From contig OZ252246.1 in NCBI GenBank assembly GCA_965249625.1, positions 1,095,457 to 1,159,456 on the forward strand: 64,000 nt of DNA, given 5' to 3'. The DNA is from Nitrospinales bacterium (GTDB lineage Bacteria; Nitrospinota; Nitrospinia; Nitrospinales; VA-1). The translations under genes and the position numbers were made by a program. The first letter of the stretch is position 1. Every line of letters starts with the position of its first letter. The notes under the pieces were generated by a model. That model saw only the letters and a program-made list of their open reading frames with translations. It was not told where the DNA came from and ran no database searches. This document shows positions 48,869 to 60,732 of this stretch, one piece after another.

Positions 48869-50227
48869 ATGTCTGACAAAACCGTAGTAGCTTTGACGAT
48901 AGCCGGATCGGATTCCGGAGGGGGTGCTGGCATTCAAGCCGATCTTAAAACATTTTCTGCTCTTGGGGTATTTGGCAAAACAGTGATCACCTCCATCACT
49001 TCCCAGAATACCCTGGGGGTCCAGGCTGTGAATGATTTGCCAGTTGGTGTTGTGGAAAGCCAGCTTAAATCCATTTTTGAGGATGATAAATGCCAGGCCG
49101 TCAAAACAGGCATGCTGGGCAATGAGCAGATTGTCGATCAGGTTGCCTCCCTGCTCAAACGTTATCGGGTTAAAAACCTGGTTATCGATCCTGTCATTTT
49201 TTCTTCTTCAGGAAAAAAACTGCTCACCCCATCCGGGGTGGAGATGATAAAGAAACGCTTGTTCCCTCTGGCGCGTCTTGTGACCCCAAATATCAGGGAA
49301 GCTGAAATATTATCCGGAATAAAAATCCGCCGACCTGCGGACAGAAAGCGTGCGGCACGCAAAATTCTTAAATCGGGAGTGCGAGCGGTGGTGCTCACGG
49401 GCGGGCACTTGAAAGGAAAACCGGAGGATCTGTTTCTGGATAACAATGGTATGGAGATTTTAAGTTCAGAGCGCTTGTCGGAATCGGATCCCCATGGAAC
49501 AGGTTGTGTTTTTTCATCAGCGATTACCGCTGGACTGGCTTTGGGCAGACAAATCTTGCCGGCGGTAATAGAAGCCAAGGATTTTATTGGACGGGCTGTT
49601 CTTGGAGAAGTAATTTCTGGAAACGGTAGGGCGAGTGTGGAGCCGCTATCCTCGCTGTACAGGGAAAATGAAAAAGCCCAGGCTTTAGAAGGAATGAATC
49701 GGGCCATCCGGGTATTCCGGGGAGAAAGAATTGGGTCATTGGTTCCTGAGGTTCAAACCAATATCGGGTTGGCACTAAAAAATGCCAAAAATCATGAGGA
49801 TGTTCTCGCCATCCCAGGGCGTATTATCAAAAATGGGGAAGATATTTTCACCGGTGCCGAACCTGAGTTTGGCGGTTCCCGGCATGTCGCCAATATTGTT
49901 TTGACGGTCATGCGTTTTGATCCAGAAAAACGCGCTGTCATGAATATCAAATATACGGACGCGCTGTTAAAAATATGTCAACGCCTCCGGTTTAAGATTG
50001 CTTCGTTTGACAGGGCGGAGGAACCTAAAAGTATAAGAGTTCGGGAAGGGTCTTCACTGGAATGGGGCACCCAAAAAGCACTTATGGATTTCGGCTCGGT
50101 GCCGGATATCATTTATGATCTGGGGGGGATAAGAAAGGAAGAGATGATTCGAGTTATTGCTGAGGACATCGAATCATTGACAAACAAAATTCTAAAAATT
50201 CACCGGCTGTATAAAAAAACGGTCTAA
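48869..50227 (+). CDS. thiD: HMP/HMP-P kinase fused to ThiN-type thiamine-phosphate synthase (ThiDN)
   Basis: AGSDSGGGAGIQADLKT, HGTGC; C-terminal VPEVQTNI, PGRI, FGGSRHVA, PDIIYDLG. Confidence 0.9.
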   Translation: MSDKTVVALTIAGSDSGGGAGIQADLKTFSALGVFGKTVITSITSQNTLGVQAVNDLPVGVVESQLKSIFEDDKCQAVKTGMLGNEQIVDQVASLLKRYRVKNLVIDPVIFSSSGKKLLTPSGVEMIKKRLFPLARLVTPNIREAEILSGIKIRRPADRKRAARKILKSGVRAVVLTGGHLKGKPEDLFLDNNGMEILSSERLSESDPHGTGCVFSSAITAGLALGRQILPAVIEAKDFIGRAVLGEVISGNGRASVEPLSSLYRENEKAQALEGMNRAIRVFRGERIGSLVPEVQTNIGLALKNAKNHEDVLAIPGRIIKNGEDIFTGAEPEFGGSRHVANIVLTVMRFDPEKRAVMNIKYTDALLKICQRLRFKIASFDRAEEPKSIRVREGSSLEWGTQKALMDFGSVPDIIYDLGGIRKEEMIRVIAEDIESLTNKILKIHRLYKKTV

Positions 50228-50273
50228 ACGCAAAATCAAATCAAGACTTTGCCAATTCACCGGGCTATAAAAA

Positions 50274-52205
50274 TCACATCAAGGTTTTGTCGATCATAAT
50301 TTCTGCCCGGGCTTTCAAGTTTTCCACCCACTCCTGAAACATCTGGCCACTTTTTTCCTGTTTGATGCGTTGGATTATTTTTTTGGTTTGTTCTTTATCG
50401 GGTTCTCCGGCGGCTTCTTTATCCACCCGTTTAAATAGGTAAAAACGGTTTCTTACTTTCGCGGAGGAAGTGTCTCCCACCCCCATTGCCAAAGTTTTTT
50501 CCTTGATTTCTTTGATATTGCCAATCCCGGGGATGGAGTCTGCCATGCTGAAGAACGGCGTGTGCCGGACGCCCAAATCCAGCCCTTTGATGACTTTTTC
50601 CAGGTCCTTTTCCTGCGCCAGCTTTTGCTCCAGTTCCTTGAACTTGGAGGAGGTCTGCTCTTCATTGACGCGTTCGGTTAAAGCTTGTTCAACAGGTTTT
50701 CTGACTTCCTTCAACTCTGGGATGTAGGCTTCTTTGCTGCCGGCGAGTTTTAAAACGAAAGACGCTTCCTGGGTGTGCACAGGTTGGCTGACCCTGTTTT
50801 CCCCCAAGATGAAGGCTGTGTTGTAGAACTGGGGATTGTTGCCTATTTCCAGGAGATTATGATTTTCTTTGGAAAAAAAATCCGTGGTGGTTGTCTGAGC
50901 CTGGTTCTTTTCAGCGGCTGATTTCAGGTTGCCATCCTTTTCCGCTTCCCGATGAATATGTTTTGCCGTTCTTCTAACCCTTTGTCGGGCCTTGGTATTC
51001 TTCAGGGATTGAATGACTTCTTTGCGGACCTCCTTCAGCGGTTTGAACCGTTCCTCCTCCAAGCCTTCCAGTTTGATAATATGGTAGCCAAAAGGGGTTA
51101 GAACAGGTTCACTAATTTCTCCAACCTTCAGCTTTTCCAAAGCCGACTCAAAAGCGGAGACCATGGTTCCTTTGGGAAACTCTCCCAGGCTTCCTCCCTG
51201 GGATCCTGAGCCGGGATCATCGGAATGTTTTTTTGCAATTTCTCCGAAGTCGGCACCGGTTTTAACTTTTTCCAGAAGTTCAGTGGCACGGGCTTTTGCT
51301 TTATCTTCCGCTTGTTTCTGTTTTTCTTCAGGAGAAGCATCTCCCTCAATTTCCGATGATTTTATATGGACAAGTATATGGCTGGCCCGGTACATTTTCT
51401 TAACGCGAAAATCAGCAATCTTGGTCTGGTAATAGTCTTCAATGTCTTCATCCCGAGGTTTGATTTCTGCAAGATAGGTCTGGGGCTCAATTTTTACATA
51501 TTCAACCTTGATTTGCGGCGGTACCTCAAACTGCTTTTTGTTGGCTTGAAAAAAATCATTGAGATCCTGATCGGTAAAAGTTTTTTCGACCTGAAAGTGA
51601 TCGTCGTTAAATCGCACGTAGTCCAGCTTGGCTTTTTCTTCTTCGTTTATGAAGGCTTCACGGATTTCACTTTGTGAAACTTTGGAGCTGGTTCCGAACA
51701 GTTTCTCCAGCTTGTTTAAAACCAGGTTCTCGCGCTGGTTGTCTTCAAACTCGCCGGGAGTGACCCGTTGAAACTGAAGATAATTTCGGTAAGATTTTTC
51801 GCTGAAATTTTTATCACTTTGGAATACCTGTAAGCCCTGAATATGGGAAATCAGTTCTGCATTGCTGACTCTCAAGTTTTGTTTCTCGGCTTCCTGCAAT
51901 AATAATTTTTTCTGGATTAAAGCTTCCAGAGCCTGGGTTTTCAGACCGAGCTTTTTGATCATCTCGTCAGAAAACTGGTTCCTGAATTGTTGTCGGTAAA
52001 AATCCACAAGGTTATTAAAAGTGCGATCATATTCGCCCTGGTAAATATTTTCTCCTTCAACGGTTGCTATGACCCCGCCCCCGGAGTTGGAAGCACCCCC
52101 CATTCCCCATGAATAGAAAATAGTTCCTATAAAAGCCAGAATGATCATCCATAGAATGGATTTAATCAGCCAGGAATCAGCATGTTCTCGAATCGTGCTC
52201 AGCAT
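50274..52205 (-). CDS. ppiD: PpiD/SurA-type membrane-anchored parvulin chaperone; start placed at 52205
   Basis: N-terminal TM, ASHIL, SDDPGS..GGSLG, FGYHII. Confidence 0.85.
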   Translation of the reverse strand: MLSTIREHADSWLIKSILWMIILAFIGTIFYSWGMGGASNSGGGVIATVEGENIYQGEYDRTFNNLVDFYRQQFRNQFSDEMIKKLGLKTQALEALIQKKLLLQEAEKQNLRVSNAELISHIQGLQVFQSDKNFSEKSYRNYLQFQRVTPGEFEDNQRENLVLNKLEKLFGTSSKVSQSEIREAFINEEEKAKLDYVRFNDDHFQVEKTFTDQDLNDFFQANKKQFEVPPQIKVEYVKIEPQTYLAEIKPRDEDIEDYYQTKIADFRVKKMYRASHILVHIKSSEIEGDASPEEKQKQAEDKAKARATELLEKVKTGADFGEIAKKHSDDPGSGSQGGSLGEFPKGTMVSAFESALEKLKVGEISEPVLTPFGYHIIKLEGLEEERFKPLKEVRKEVIQSLKNTKARQRVRRTAKHIHREAEKDGNLKSAAEKNQAQTTTTDFFSKENHNLLEIGNNPQFYNTAFILGENRVSQPVHTQEASFVLKLAGSKEAYIPELKEVRKPVEQALTERVNEEQTSSKFKELEQKLAQEKDLEKVIKGLDLGVRHTPFFSMADSIPGIGNIKEIKEKTLAMGVGDTSSAKVRNRFYLFKRVDKEAAGEPDKEQTKKIIQRIKQEKSGQMFQEWVENLKARAEIMIDKTLM

Positions 52206-52446
52206 AGATGTTACTCTCGGTTCTCGGTTAAAGAAGGAACCTATACTATAAAACACGCAAGAGAATCGCAAGCCATTATTAATGAGTGAGTAACGAGGTT
52301 TGGTGAGGAGTGCTGATTATCTGTTGCTGCATCTGATCCAAACAGTAGTGGCGTGGCGAGCGCACGCCGGGATTTGTCTTGCATTTTATACGGCCCCTTG
52401 CTATAAAGAAACCTGAGGAAAAACAAGAAGTTACGTAAACTCATGA

Positions 52447-53490
<1,044 letters not shown>

Positions 53491-53492
53491 CG

Positions 53493-54308
53493 GTGCCCAG
53501 AAAAGGAAATAAAAGCAAAAAAAATATTGTTCTTGTTTCTGCTATTCTCCTGTTTTCTCTGGCGTTGATGACTTTAAACGTCAAGCAGGAAAAAGGCGTC
53601 GGTTTTCTCGACTCCATGGCAGGCTTCATCCTTTCCCCATTTCAGAATTTACTCACCCAAACCATTCAGTCTGTCTCCGATAGCATCAATCATTATTTTC
53701 TCCTTGTCGATGTGGCGAGGGAAAATGACCAGCTAAAGCTGGAAATTCAGCGCCTCATAAGCGAAAAAAACCAACTCATTGAACGTCTCGCCAGCCAAAA
53801 GCGTCTTGCTAAACTCATGGCTTATGAAGACGATTGGGATAAGAAAATTGTGGTGGCCTCAGTCATTGGCAGGGATGCCACTCAGTGGTCAAAGGTGGTG
53901 GTTATTAATAAGGGAACGCAAAATGGGATGAGGAATCACTTGGCCGTGGTTACCGATGCCGGAGTGATTGGGCAGGTGATTCATGCTGGTGTCAACACCT
54001 CGAAGGTGCTTTTGATTATTGACGGTCGTAGCGCGGTGGATGCCTTGTTTCAGGGTAACCGAGTATCGGGAGTCGTTGTTGGAATGGGGGAAGATGAGTG
54101 TCAATTAAAATTTGTTCCGAACACTGCAGATGTCAAAGTGGGAGACACGATGCTTTCCTCGGGGCTGGGTGGAATTTTCCCGAAGGGCTTGGTCATTGGA
54201 AAAGTCTCCCAGGTATCCAGGAAGAAACAAGGGTTGTTTCAGGAGATTACCTTAACTCCTAGTTCAGATTTATCGCGCCTGGAAGAGGTGCTTGTCCTTT
54301 TGCCTTAG
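53493..54308 (+). CDS. mreC: Rod shape protein MreC
   Basis: TM, coiled coil, SSGLGGIFPKGL; operon position. Confidence 0.93.
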   Translation: MPRKGNKSKKNIVLVSAILLFSLALMTLNVKQEKGVGFLDSMAGFILSPFQNLLTQTIQSVSDSINHYFLLVDVARENDQLKLEIQRLISEKNQLIERLASQKRLAKLMAYEDDWDKKIVVASVIGRDATQWSKVVVINKGTQNGMRNHLAVVTDAGVIGQVIHAGVNTSKVLLIIDGRSAVDALFQGNRVSGVVVGMGEDECQLKFVPNTADVKVGDTMLSSGLGGIFPKGLVIGKVSQVSRKKQGLFQEITLTPSSDLSRLEEVLVLLP

Positions 54309-54314
54309 GTTTTT

Positions 54315-54833
54315 ATGTATTATTTTTCGCAGGCACTGATTGCCGTTTTTTTGTTTTCTGCCCAGACGACCTGGTTGGAAATTTTTTCCTTTGGCGGTGT
54401 TACGCCGGACCTGATTCTGGTGTGGGTGGTCTATTGTGGAGTTCGGTATTTCCGGTCGAACGGGATTGGAGCCGGGATTGCTTTGGGGCTTGCCCAGGAC
54501 AGCCTTTCAGGGGGACTGTTGGGAGTGAACACGCTCTCGAAAAGTCTGATCGCCTATTTTTTTTCCACGCTTAAGGATAAGTTTTATGTTGAAGGCATGA
54601 TACCGATAGGGATATTTCTTATTGTTTCTTCGATTTTTGATGGTCTAGTGTTTTATTTCTCCATGGGAACTATTCTGAAGGGAGAGGTCGCTCCCAGCTT
54701 TTTGTATCAGTCGTTACCCATTTACAGCATTTATAATGCATTAATAGGCCCCTTTATGTTTATGGCATTGGATAAAATTGATGGTTGGTTGCAACCGAAA
54801 ATGTCTAATCCTTATATAGGAATGAGAAGATGA
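54315..54833 (+). CDS. mreD: Rod shape protein MreD
   Basis: Hydrophobic, PDL, GLAQD; operon position. Confidence 0.88.
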   Translation: MYYFSQALIAVFLFSAQTTWLEIFSFGGVTPDLILVWVVYCGVRYFRSNGIGAGIALGLAQDSLSGGLLGVNTLSKSLIAYFFSTLKDKFYVEGMIPIGIFLIVSSIFDGLVFYFSMGTILKGEVAPSFLYQSLPIYSIYNALIGPFMFMALDKIDGWLQPKMSNPYIGMRR

Positions 54834-56689
54834 GCCTGTTTCTCCATGGCATCGAAACCAATGATGTGATTAAAAAGAAGATACGTGTCTTCGCCATCCT
54901 TGTTGTGGTTTCATTTCTGTGTTTATGGATGCGTGTCTGGTATTTGCAGATTTTAAAATGGCAATACCTGACGGGACTTTCAGAGAACAACCGGGTTCGA
55001 ATGGTGACCCTGCCTGCAAACCGGGGAATGATTAAAGATCGAAACGGTGAGACTTTAGTCAGCATTCGCCCTGCTTTCAATTTGTATTTAACTCCTGAAG
55101 ATGCCGAGGATCTGGATCTCTCTCTGGACAAAATGTCCCCAAAAATTTCCTTTGACCGGGAAAACTTGAAAAAGGCAATGGCTCGGAGCAGATCCTTCAA
55201 AGAAGTTTTAATAAAGGGAGATATTTCTCGGGAGGAAGTGGCTTTTGTAGAAGAGAACAATATGAGCCTTCCTGGAATACACATCAGGGCTGAACCTTTA
55301 AGGAATTATGTGTTCAATAATCTGGCATCCCACACGCTGGGCTATCTTGGAGAGATTTCCAAAGCAAGCTTGGAAAGCCTTAAAGACCCCAAGTATAGGC
55401 AGGGGGATTTTGTCGGGAAAAACGGCTTGGAAAATATATATGAGTCTATTTTGCGAGGCGAAAAGGGCTACAAGGAAGTTGAGGTGGATGTTTCTGGCAG
55501 GGAGTTGAAATCATTACGCAAACTACCTCCAGAAAGCGGGAACAATCTGATTCTTACTTTGGATGTAAGGATACAACGGGAATTGGAAAAATTAATGGTT
55601 GGAACTGTGGATCAGAATATGAATGGTTCCGTGGTGGTGATGAAGGCGCAGACGGGTGAGATCATTGCAGTGACCAGCAGCCCATCCTTCGATCCCAATA
55701 AGTTTGCGGCGGGAATCAGTCCTCAGAACTGGAATGCGTTGGTGACTGCCGAGTGGCACCCGTTACAGAACAGGTCTATTCATGGCCAATATCCCCCTGG
55801 CTCTACTTACAAAATTGTAACAGCACTTGCAGGCCTTGAAGAGAGCGTGATTAAACCGGATACATCTATCTTTTGTCCGGGGTATTTCAGGTTGGGCAGG
55901 GGTCGCTATCGGTGTTGGAAAAAATCCGGGCATGGTCCGATGAATTTGCACGACGCGCTAGTGCAATCTTGTGATGTTTATTTTTATACCATCGGTCATC
56001 GTTTGGGCATCAATACGATTGCGAAATACGCAAAACGTTTTGGGCTGGGCAGTTCTACCCGTCTGGGCTTGAGCCAGGAAAAAAGGGGATTGGTTCCTAC
56101 TACCCAGTGGAAATTGTTAAATAAAAAGGAGCCCTGGCTGTTGGGCGAAACCATTTCCGCGTCCATTGGTCAGGGCTATAATCTGGTGACTCCCATACAG
56201 CAGGCAAGTATGATGGCCTCCGTGGCTAATGGAGGCATTCTGCTCAAACCTTATCTGGTAAAGCGTATTGAAGGGCCCGAGGGAAAAACTCGGAAAGAAT
56301 TTTTCCCGGATATAGTCGGCCAATTAGGGGTGGATCCAGACCATTTAGAACAGGTCAGGAAGGCCCTGCGCGATGTGGTGAACGGTACGCGGGGAACAGG
56401 AAAAAGAGCCCGCTTGAAAAACATAATTGTTTCTGGGAAAACCGGAACGGCCCAGGTTGTACGGATGAAATCCAATGAGGAGTTGGAGAAGGGTGAAGTC
56501 ATACCTGTCAGGTATCGGGATCATGCATGGTTCGTAGCTTTTGCGCCCTATGAAAAACCCGAGATCGCTGTGGCCATTATCATTGAACATGGAGGTCATG
56601 GCGGGGCCACCGCCGCACCGATTGCCAGGAAAATCTTCAAGAAGTACTTCAAGCTCTATCCTCCCGGGCCTTCCGCCCAATCCTCATAA
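54830..56689 (+). CDS. mrdA: Penicillin-binding protein 2
   Basis: STYK, SCD, KTGT motifs. Confidence 0.95.
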   Translation: MSLFLHGIETNDVIKKKIRVFAILVVVSFLCLWMRVWYLQILKWQYLTGLSENNRVRMVTLPANRGMIKDRNGETLVSIRPAFNLYLTPEDAEDLDLSLDKMSPKISFDRENLKKAMARSRSFKEVLIKGDISREEVAFVEENNMSLPGIHIRAEPLRNYVFNNLASHTLGYLGEISKASLESLKDPKYRQGDFVGKNGLENIYESILRGEKGYKEVEVDVSGRELKSLRKLPPESGNNLILTLDVRIQRELEKLMVGTVDQNMNGSVVVMKAQTGEIIAVTSSPSFDPNKFAAGISPQNWNALVTAEWHPLQNRSIHGQYPPGSTYKIVTALAGLEESVIKPDTSIFCPGYFRLGRGRYRCWKKSGHGPMNLHDALVQSCDVYFYTIGHRLGINTIAKYAKRFGLGSSTRLGLSQEKRGLVPTTQWKLLNKKEPWLLGETISASIGQGYNLVTPIQQASMMASVANGGILLKPYLVKRIEGPEGKTRKEFFPDIVGQLGVDPDHLEQVRKALRDVVNGTRGTGKRARLKNIIVSGKTGTAQVVRMKSNEELEKGEVIPVRYRDHAWFVAFAPYEKPEIAVAIIIEHGGHGGATAAPIARKIFKKYFKLYPPGPSAQSS

Positions 56690-56841
56690 CCTTTGAGAAA
56701 ACGCCACATTGAGCCTGTATTCAATATAAATGTTTTTTTCCTTGATCTGTATAAGGTTGTTTAATTTGTTTTCTTGCCGATACAAAAAGGTGCAGTTGCT
56801 ATGATTCTGGCGGGTTGTGATTCATTAAAGGTTATTGATTA

Positions 56842-57378
56842 ATGCCTATAAAAAGCGATGAAATCCCTTTTGTGACGGGACAGAAAGTGACCGCCACCAC
56901 TCGCGGTGAGGTCTTTTCCGTTTGTATCAGGGGATGGATGAAGGGGCAATATGTGATCACCGATTTGCCCGGCGATTTCACTTCTGGTCATTGAATATCC
57001 TCGCACCGTCGATATGCATAACCTTAGGAAATTCGAACGTTTTAAAGCCAATATTCCCGTTACATTTTTCTATGAAGAAGGCGATGGAAAATATGAAGAT
57101 TCTGGAATTATAAGAGATATTGGTTCAGGAGGGGCATTGATCAGTCATAGCAGCCAAGTGACCAAAAAAACATGCTATATATCACTGCAGAGATTCCTGC
57201 TGGCGGGAGCTTCAATCTACAAAAGGCGGATGTGAAAAACTTAAGCAAGAACTTGAAAAGTGACTCTGCTCCTTATGTAACTGGAGTCAAATGGCAAGAC
57301 CTTCTCCCGGAGTCGGAAGCGGAGATTGCCAGACTCATTGCTCAAAGAACGAAGGACAACAGGGAAACTCCAAGATAG
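56842..57378 (+). pseudogene. YcgR-like PilZ-domain pseudogene
   Basis: Three frame pieces: IRGWMKGQYVITDLP / IEYP...LRKFER...DIGSGG / C-terminus after the A7 run at 57164-57170. Confidence 0.72.
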
Positions 57379-57382
57379 TATT

Positions 57383-59374
57383 TTATAGAATAATTTCCAG
57401 ATCCTTTTCCCGCAGGCGTTTGATTCGGTCCCGGAGTTCGGCGGCTTTTTCAAACTCCAGATCTTTTGCCACAGAGAGCATTTGCTTTTCCAGTTCCGCG
57501 ATCAACTGCAGAACCGGCTTTTCTGATTCATAGGCCTCTTCTTCCTCCATGACCCCGAACGCAGGTTCTGGATTCTCCGAATATTCCATGGAGACTTCAA
57601 TGGCTCTTTGAATGGAGCGCGGGGTTATGTGGTGTTCCCGGTTATAGGCAAGCTGGATTTCCCTTCTGCGACTCATTTCATCGATTGCGGCTTGCATGGA
57701 TCGGGTCACCCGATCGGCATAAAAGATTACTTTTCCTGAAATATTTCTTGCGGCCCTGCCCGAGGTCTGGATCAGGGACGTGGTGGATCGCAGAAAACCT
57801 TCCTTGTCCGCATCCAGAACAGCCACTAAAGAAACCTCAGGAATATCGAGTCCTTCCCGCAGTAAATTGATACCTATCAGTGTGTCGAATTCGCCCAGCC
57901 GGAGTTCCCGGATGATCTGGGTTCGTTCCAGAGTCACGATGTCGGAATGCAGGTATTTAACCTTCAACCCGAGTTCGGAAAAATGTTCTGCCAGGTCCTC
58001 AGAAAATTTTTTGGTCAGCGTCGTGATCAAACAGCGCTGATTTTTTTCCGCCCGTGAACGGATTTGGTTATATAAATCGTCCACCTGATTGGACACAGAT
58101 TTAATTTCAACTTCCGGATCCACCAATCCCGTGGGTCTCGCGATCAGTTCCACCGGAGGATTTCCGGATTTTTCCAATTCATAGGAACCGGGGGTGGCGG
58201 AAACATAAATAATGCTGCGGACGTGTTGGTCAAATTCCTCAAAGGTCAGAGGCCGGTTGTCAAAGGCCGAGGGCAGCCGGAAACCATACCGGATCAAGGT
58301 CTCTTTGCGGGAGCGGTCGCCCTTGTACATGCCTTGCAGCTGCGGCAGGGTCACGTGGCTCTCATCAATAATAAAAAGCGAATCATTGGGAAAATAATCC
58401 AGCAAAGTCGGTGGCGGATCGCCTGCAGGTCTGGCCATTAGGTGGCGTGAATAGTTTTCGATGCCATGGCAGTAACCGACTTCCTTAATCATCTCCAGAT
58501 CAAACAAGGTTCTCTGGTCAATTCTCTGGGCTTCGATAAGAAGATTCTGGCTTTCAAAATAGGCCACCCGTTCAATCAATTCTTTTCGGATGTCTTCCAT
58601 GGCCTTTTCCAGGAGTTCTTTCGGAGTGGCATAATGGCTGGCCGGATAAATGGCGATGCGGTCCAACTCCCGGATTGATTGGCGGGTGAGTGGATCAAAA
58701 GCGGAAATCCGGTCTATCTGGTCGCCGAAAAATTCGATCCTAAGGGCTTCGTTTCTTTCGTACACAGGCAGGATTTCCAAGACGTCTCCTCGCACCAGGA
58801 AGGTGCCGCGTTGAAAATCCACATCGTTTCTTTTGTATTGAATTTCCACGAGTTTCTGCAGGGCCTGATCCCTCTCAAGAGTTTTGCCTCTTTCCAAAAA
58901 CAGCAGCATGCCGTGATAGGCTTCCGGCGAACCCAGGCCATAAATGCAGGAAACGCTGGCGACGATGATGACATCCCGGCGTTCAAATAGAGCATGGGTG
59001 GCCGAATGGCGCATTTTATCGATCTCGTCATTGATGGAAGCGTCTTTTTCAATATAGGTATCGGTTTGGGCCAGGTAGGCTTCGGGCTGGTAATAATCGT
59101 AATAGCTGACAAAGTATCCCACCGCGTTATCCGGGAAAAAAGTTTTAAACTCATTGTAAAGTTGAGCCGCCAGGGTTTTATTGTGGGCGAGCACCAGGGT
59201 CGGTTTTTGCACCTGTTCGATGACATTGGCAATGGTGTAGGTTTTTCCGGATCCCGTCACCCCAAGAAGGGTCTGCGAACTTGGGTTGGAATCCAGACCC
59301 TGCACCAGTTTTTCTATGGCCTGGGGCTGGTCCCCGGCAGGTTTATAGTCGGCTTGAAGCTTAAACGGTTGCAT
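57383..59374 (-). CDS. uvrB: Excinuclease ABC subunit B
   Basis: [31 protein letters not shown]. Confidence 0.98.
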   Translation of the reverse strand: MQPFKLQADYKPAGDQPQAIEKLVQGLDSNPSSQTLLGVTGSGKTYTIANVIEQVQKPTLVLAHNKTLAAQLYNEFKTFFPDNAVGYFVSYYDYYQPEAYLAQTDTYIEKDASINDEIDKMRHSATHALFERRDVIIVASVSCIYGLGSPEAYHGMLLFLERGKTLERDQALQKLVEIQYKRNDVDFQRGTFLVRGDVLEILPVYERNEALRIEFFGDQIDRISAFDPLTRQSIRELDRIAIYPASHYATPKELLEKAMEDIRKELIERVAYFESQNLLIEAQRIDQRTLFDLEMIKEVGYCHGIENYSRHLMARPAGDPPPTLLDYFPNDSLFIIDESHVTLPQLQGMYKGDRSRKETLIRYGFRLPSAFDNRPLTFEEFDQHVRSIIYVSATPGSYELEKSGNPPVELIARPTGLVDPEVEIKSVSNQVDDLYNQIRSRAEKNQRCLITTLTKKFSEDLAEHFSELGLKVKYLHSDIVTLERTQIIRELRLGEFDTLIGINLLREGLDIPEVSLVAVLDADKEGFLRSTTSLIQTSGRAARNISGKVIFYADRVTRSMQAAIDEMSRRREIQLAYNREHHITPRSIQRAIEVSMEYSENPEPAFGVMEEEEAYESEKPVLQLIAELEKQMLSVAKDLEFEKAAELRDRIKRLREKDLEIIL

Positions 59375-59538
59375 GGAAAAGACCGATTCAATACTAAAGG
59401 GGTTTATGTTAAATTAGGGGTCTCATGATTTAAAGGGTAATCCTGTTTACCGATGTAGTCTCCCTCATTCTAACCCAATTAATTTTTTGTTGCTTGTTTG
59501 GTGGTTTGGTTGTTCTCTACTGTTCATGAAAGGATGCT

Positions 59539-60729
59539 GTGGAAAAGCAAAAAGATGTTGTTAAAACTGTTCATCTCGGTGAATCAGAAGTGACCTTGAT
59601 GGGAACGGCCCATGTCTCCAAGTTGAGCGTACAAATGGTCGAGGAACATATTCAAAACGGCGACTACGACTGTGTTGCAGTGGAATTGTGTCCTCCGCGC
59701 CTGGAAAACCTCACCAACCAGACCTGGTGGAAGAATCTCGACATCTATCAGGTTTTCCGCAAAAAGAAAGCCGGGCTCCTGCTGATCAACCTTGCTTTGA
59801 CCGCCTATCAAAAACGCCTGGCTGAACGAATTGGCGTTGAGGCCGGACAGGAAATGATTCGAGCCGTTGAACTGGCGCATGAAAAAAATATCAGGCTGGA
59901 AGTCATTGACCGGAATATATCGACTACCCTGCACCGGCTGGTCACCGAAGTGTCGTTCTGGCAAAAACTTAAAATTGTCGGTGGCATGATTGCTGGAGTG
60001 TTTGTTGGCGAAGAGATCAGCCAAGAGCAAATTGAAGACCTTAAGCAAGGAGACTTATTGCATTCAGTGGTGAGTGAGTTTGGTGAGGAGTTGCCGGAAA
60101 TCAAAAGAGTTCTGATTGATGAGAGGGACCAGTACATGGTGGGGCGTTTGGCGCAGATTGCCCATGAATCGGATGCTCCAAAAAGAATTTTGGCACTGGT
60201 CGGTGCCGGACATTTAATCGGCATGCTCCCAGCCATGAAGTCTCCTCCTGATTCGGATCATCTGAAAATGCTGGATCAAAAACCGCCTCCAAGCCGGGTC
60301 GGCTACTTTATAGGTTGGGGCATTTGCGTATTTATTATGGCCATGTTTGTGGTTGGTTTTCGCCAGTCTCCCGAACTGGGAGAACAGTTGGTGATAACCT
60401 GGATTTTGTTCAACGGGGGTTTCTGCGCGCTGGGAACTTTGATTGCCTTTGGGCACCCTGTCTCTATCATCACCGGTTTTTTCGCTGCCCCTTTGACATC
60501 TTTGAATCCCACTATTGGGGCGGGAATGGTTGTGGGTTTGGTGGAATCTTATATGCGTAAACCTAAAGTGAGTGACTTTGAAACTCTGCGCGAAGATATT
60601 GCTGTCTATTCCATGTGGTGGAAAAATCGTGTTGCCCGGCTGTTTCTGATTTTCTTTTTTTCCAGTATGGGTTCCATGATCGGTACCTATACCGCCGGTG
60701 CTTCCATTGTGACCCAGATTTTGGACTGA
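59539..60729 (+). CDS. TraB/PrgY family protein
   Basis: GTAHVS, VELC..R, LIDERD, VGAGH, C-terminal TMs. Confidence 0.88.
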   Translation: MEKQKDVVKTVHLGESEVTLMGTAHVSKLSVQMVEEHIQNGDYDCVAVELCPPRLENLTNQTWWKNLDIYQVFRKKKAGLLLINLALTAYQKRLAERIGVEAGQEMIRAVELAHEKNIRLEVIDRNISTTLHRLVTEVSFWQKLKIVGGMIAGVFVGEEISQEQIEDLKQGDLLHSVVSEFGEELPEIKRVLIDERDQYMVGRLAQIAHESDAPKRILALVGAGHLIGMLPAMKSPPDSDHLKMLDQKPPPSRVGYFIGWGICVFIMAMFVVGFRQSPELGEQLVITWILFNGGFCALGTLIAFGHPVSIITGFFAAPLTSLNPTIGAGMVVGLVESYMRKPKVSDFETLREDIAVYSMWWKNRVARLFLIFFFSSMGSMIGTYTAGASIVTQILD

Positions 60730-60732
60730 ATA

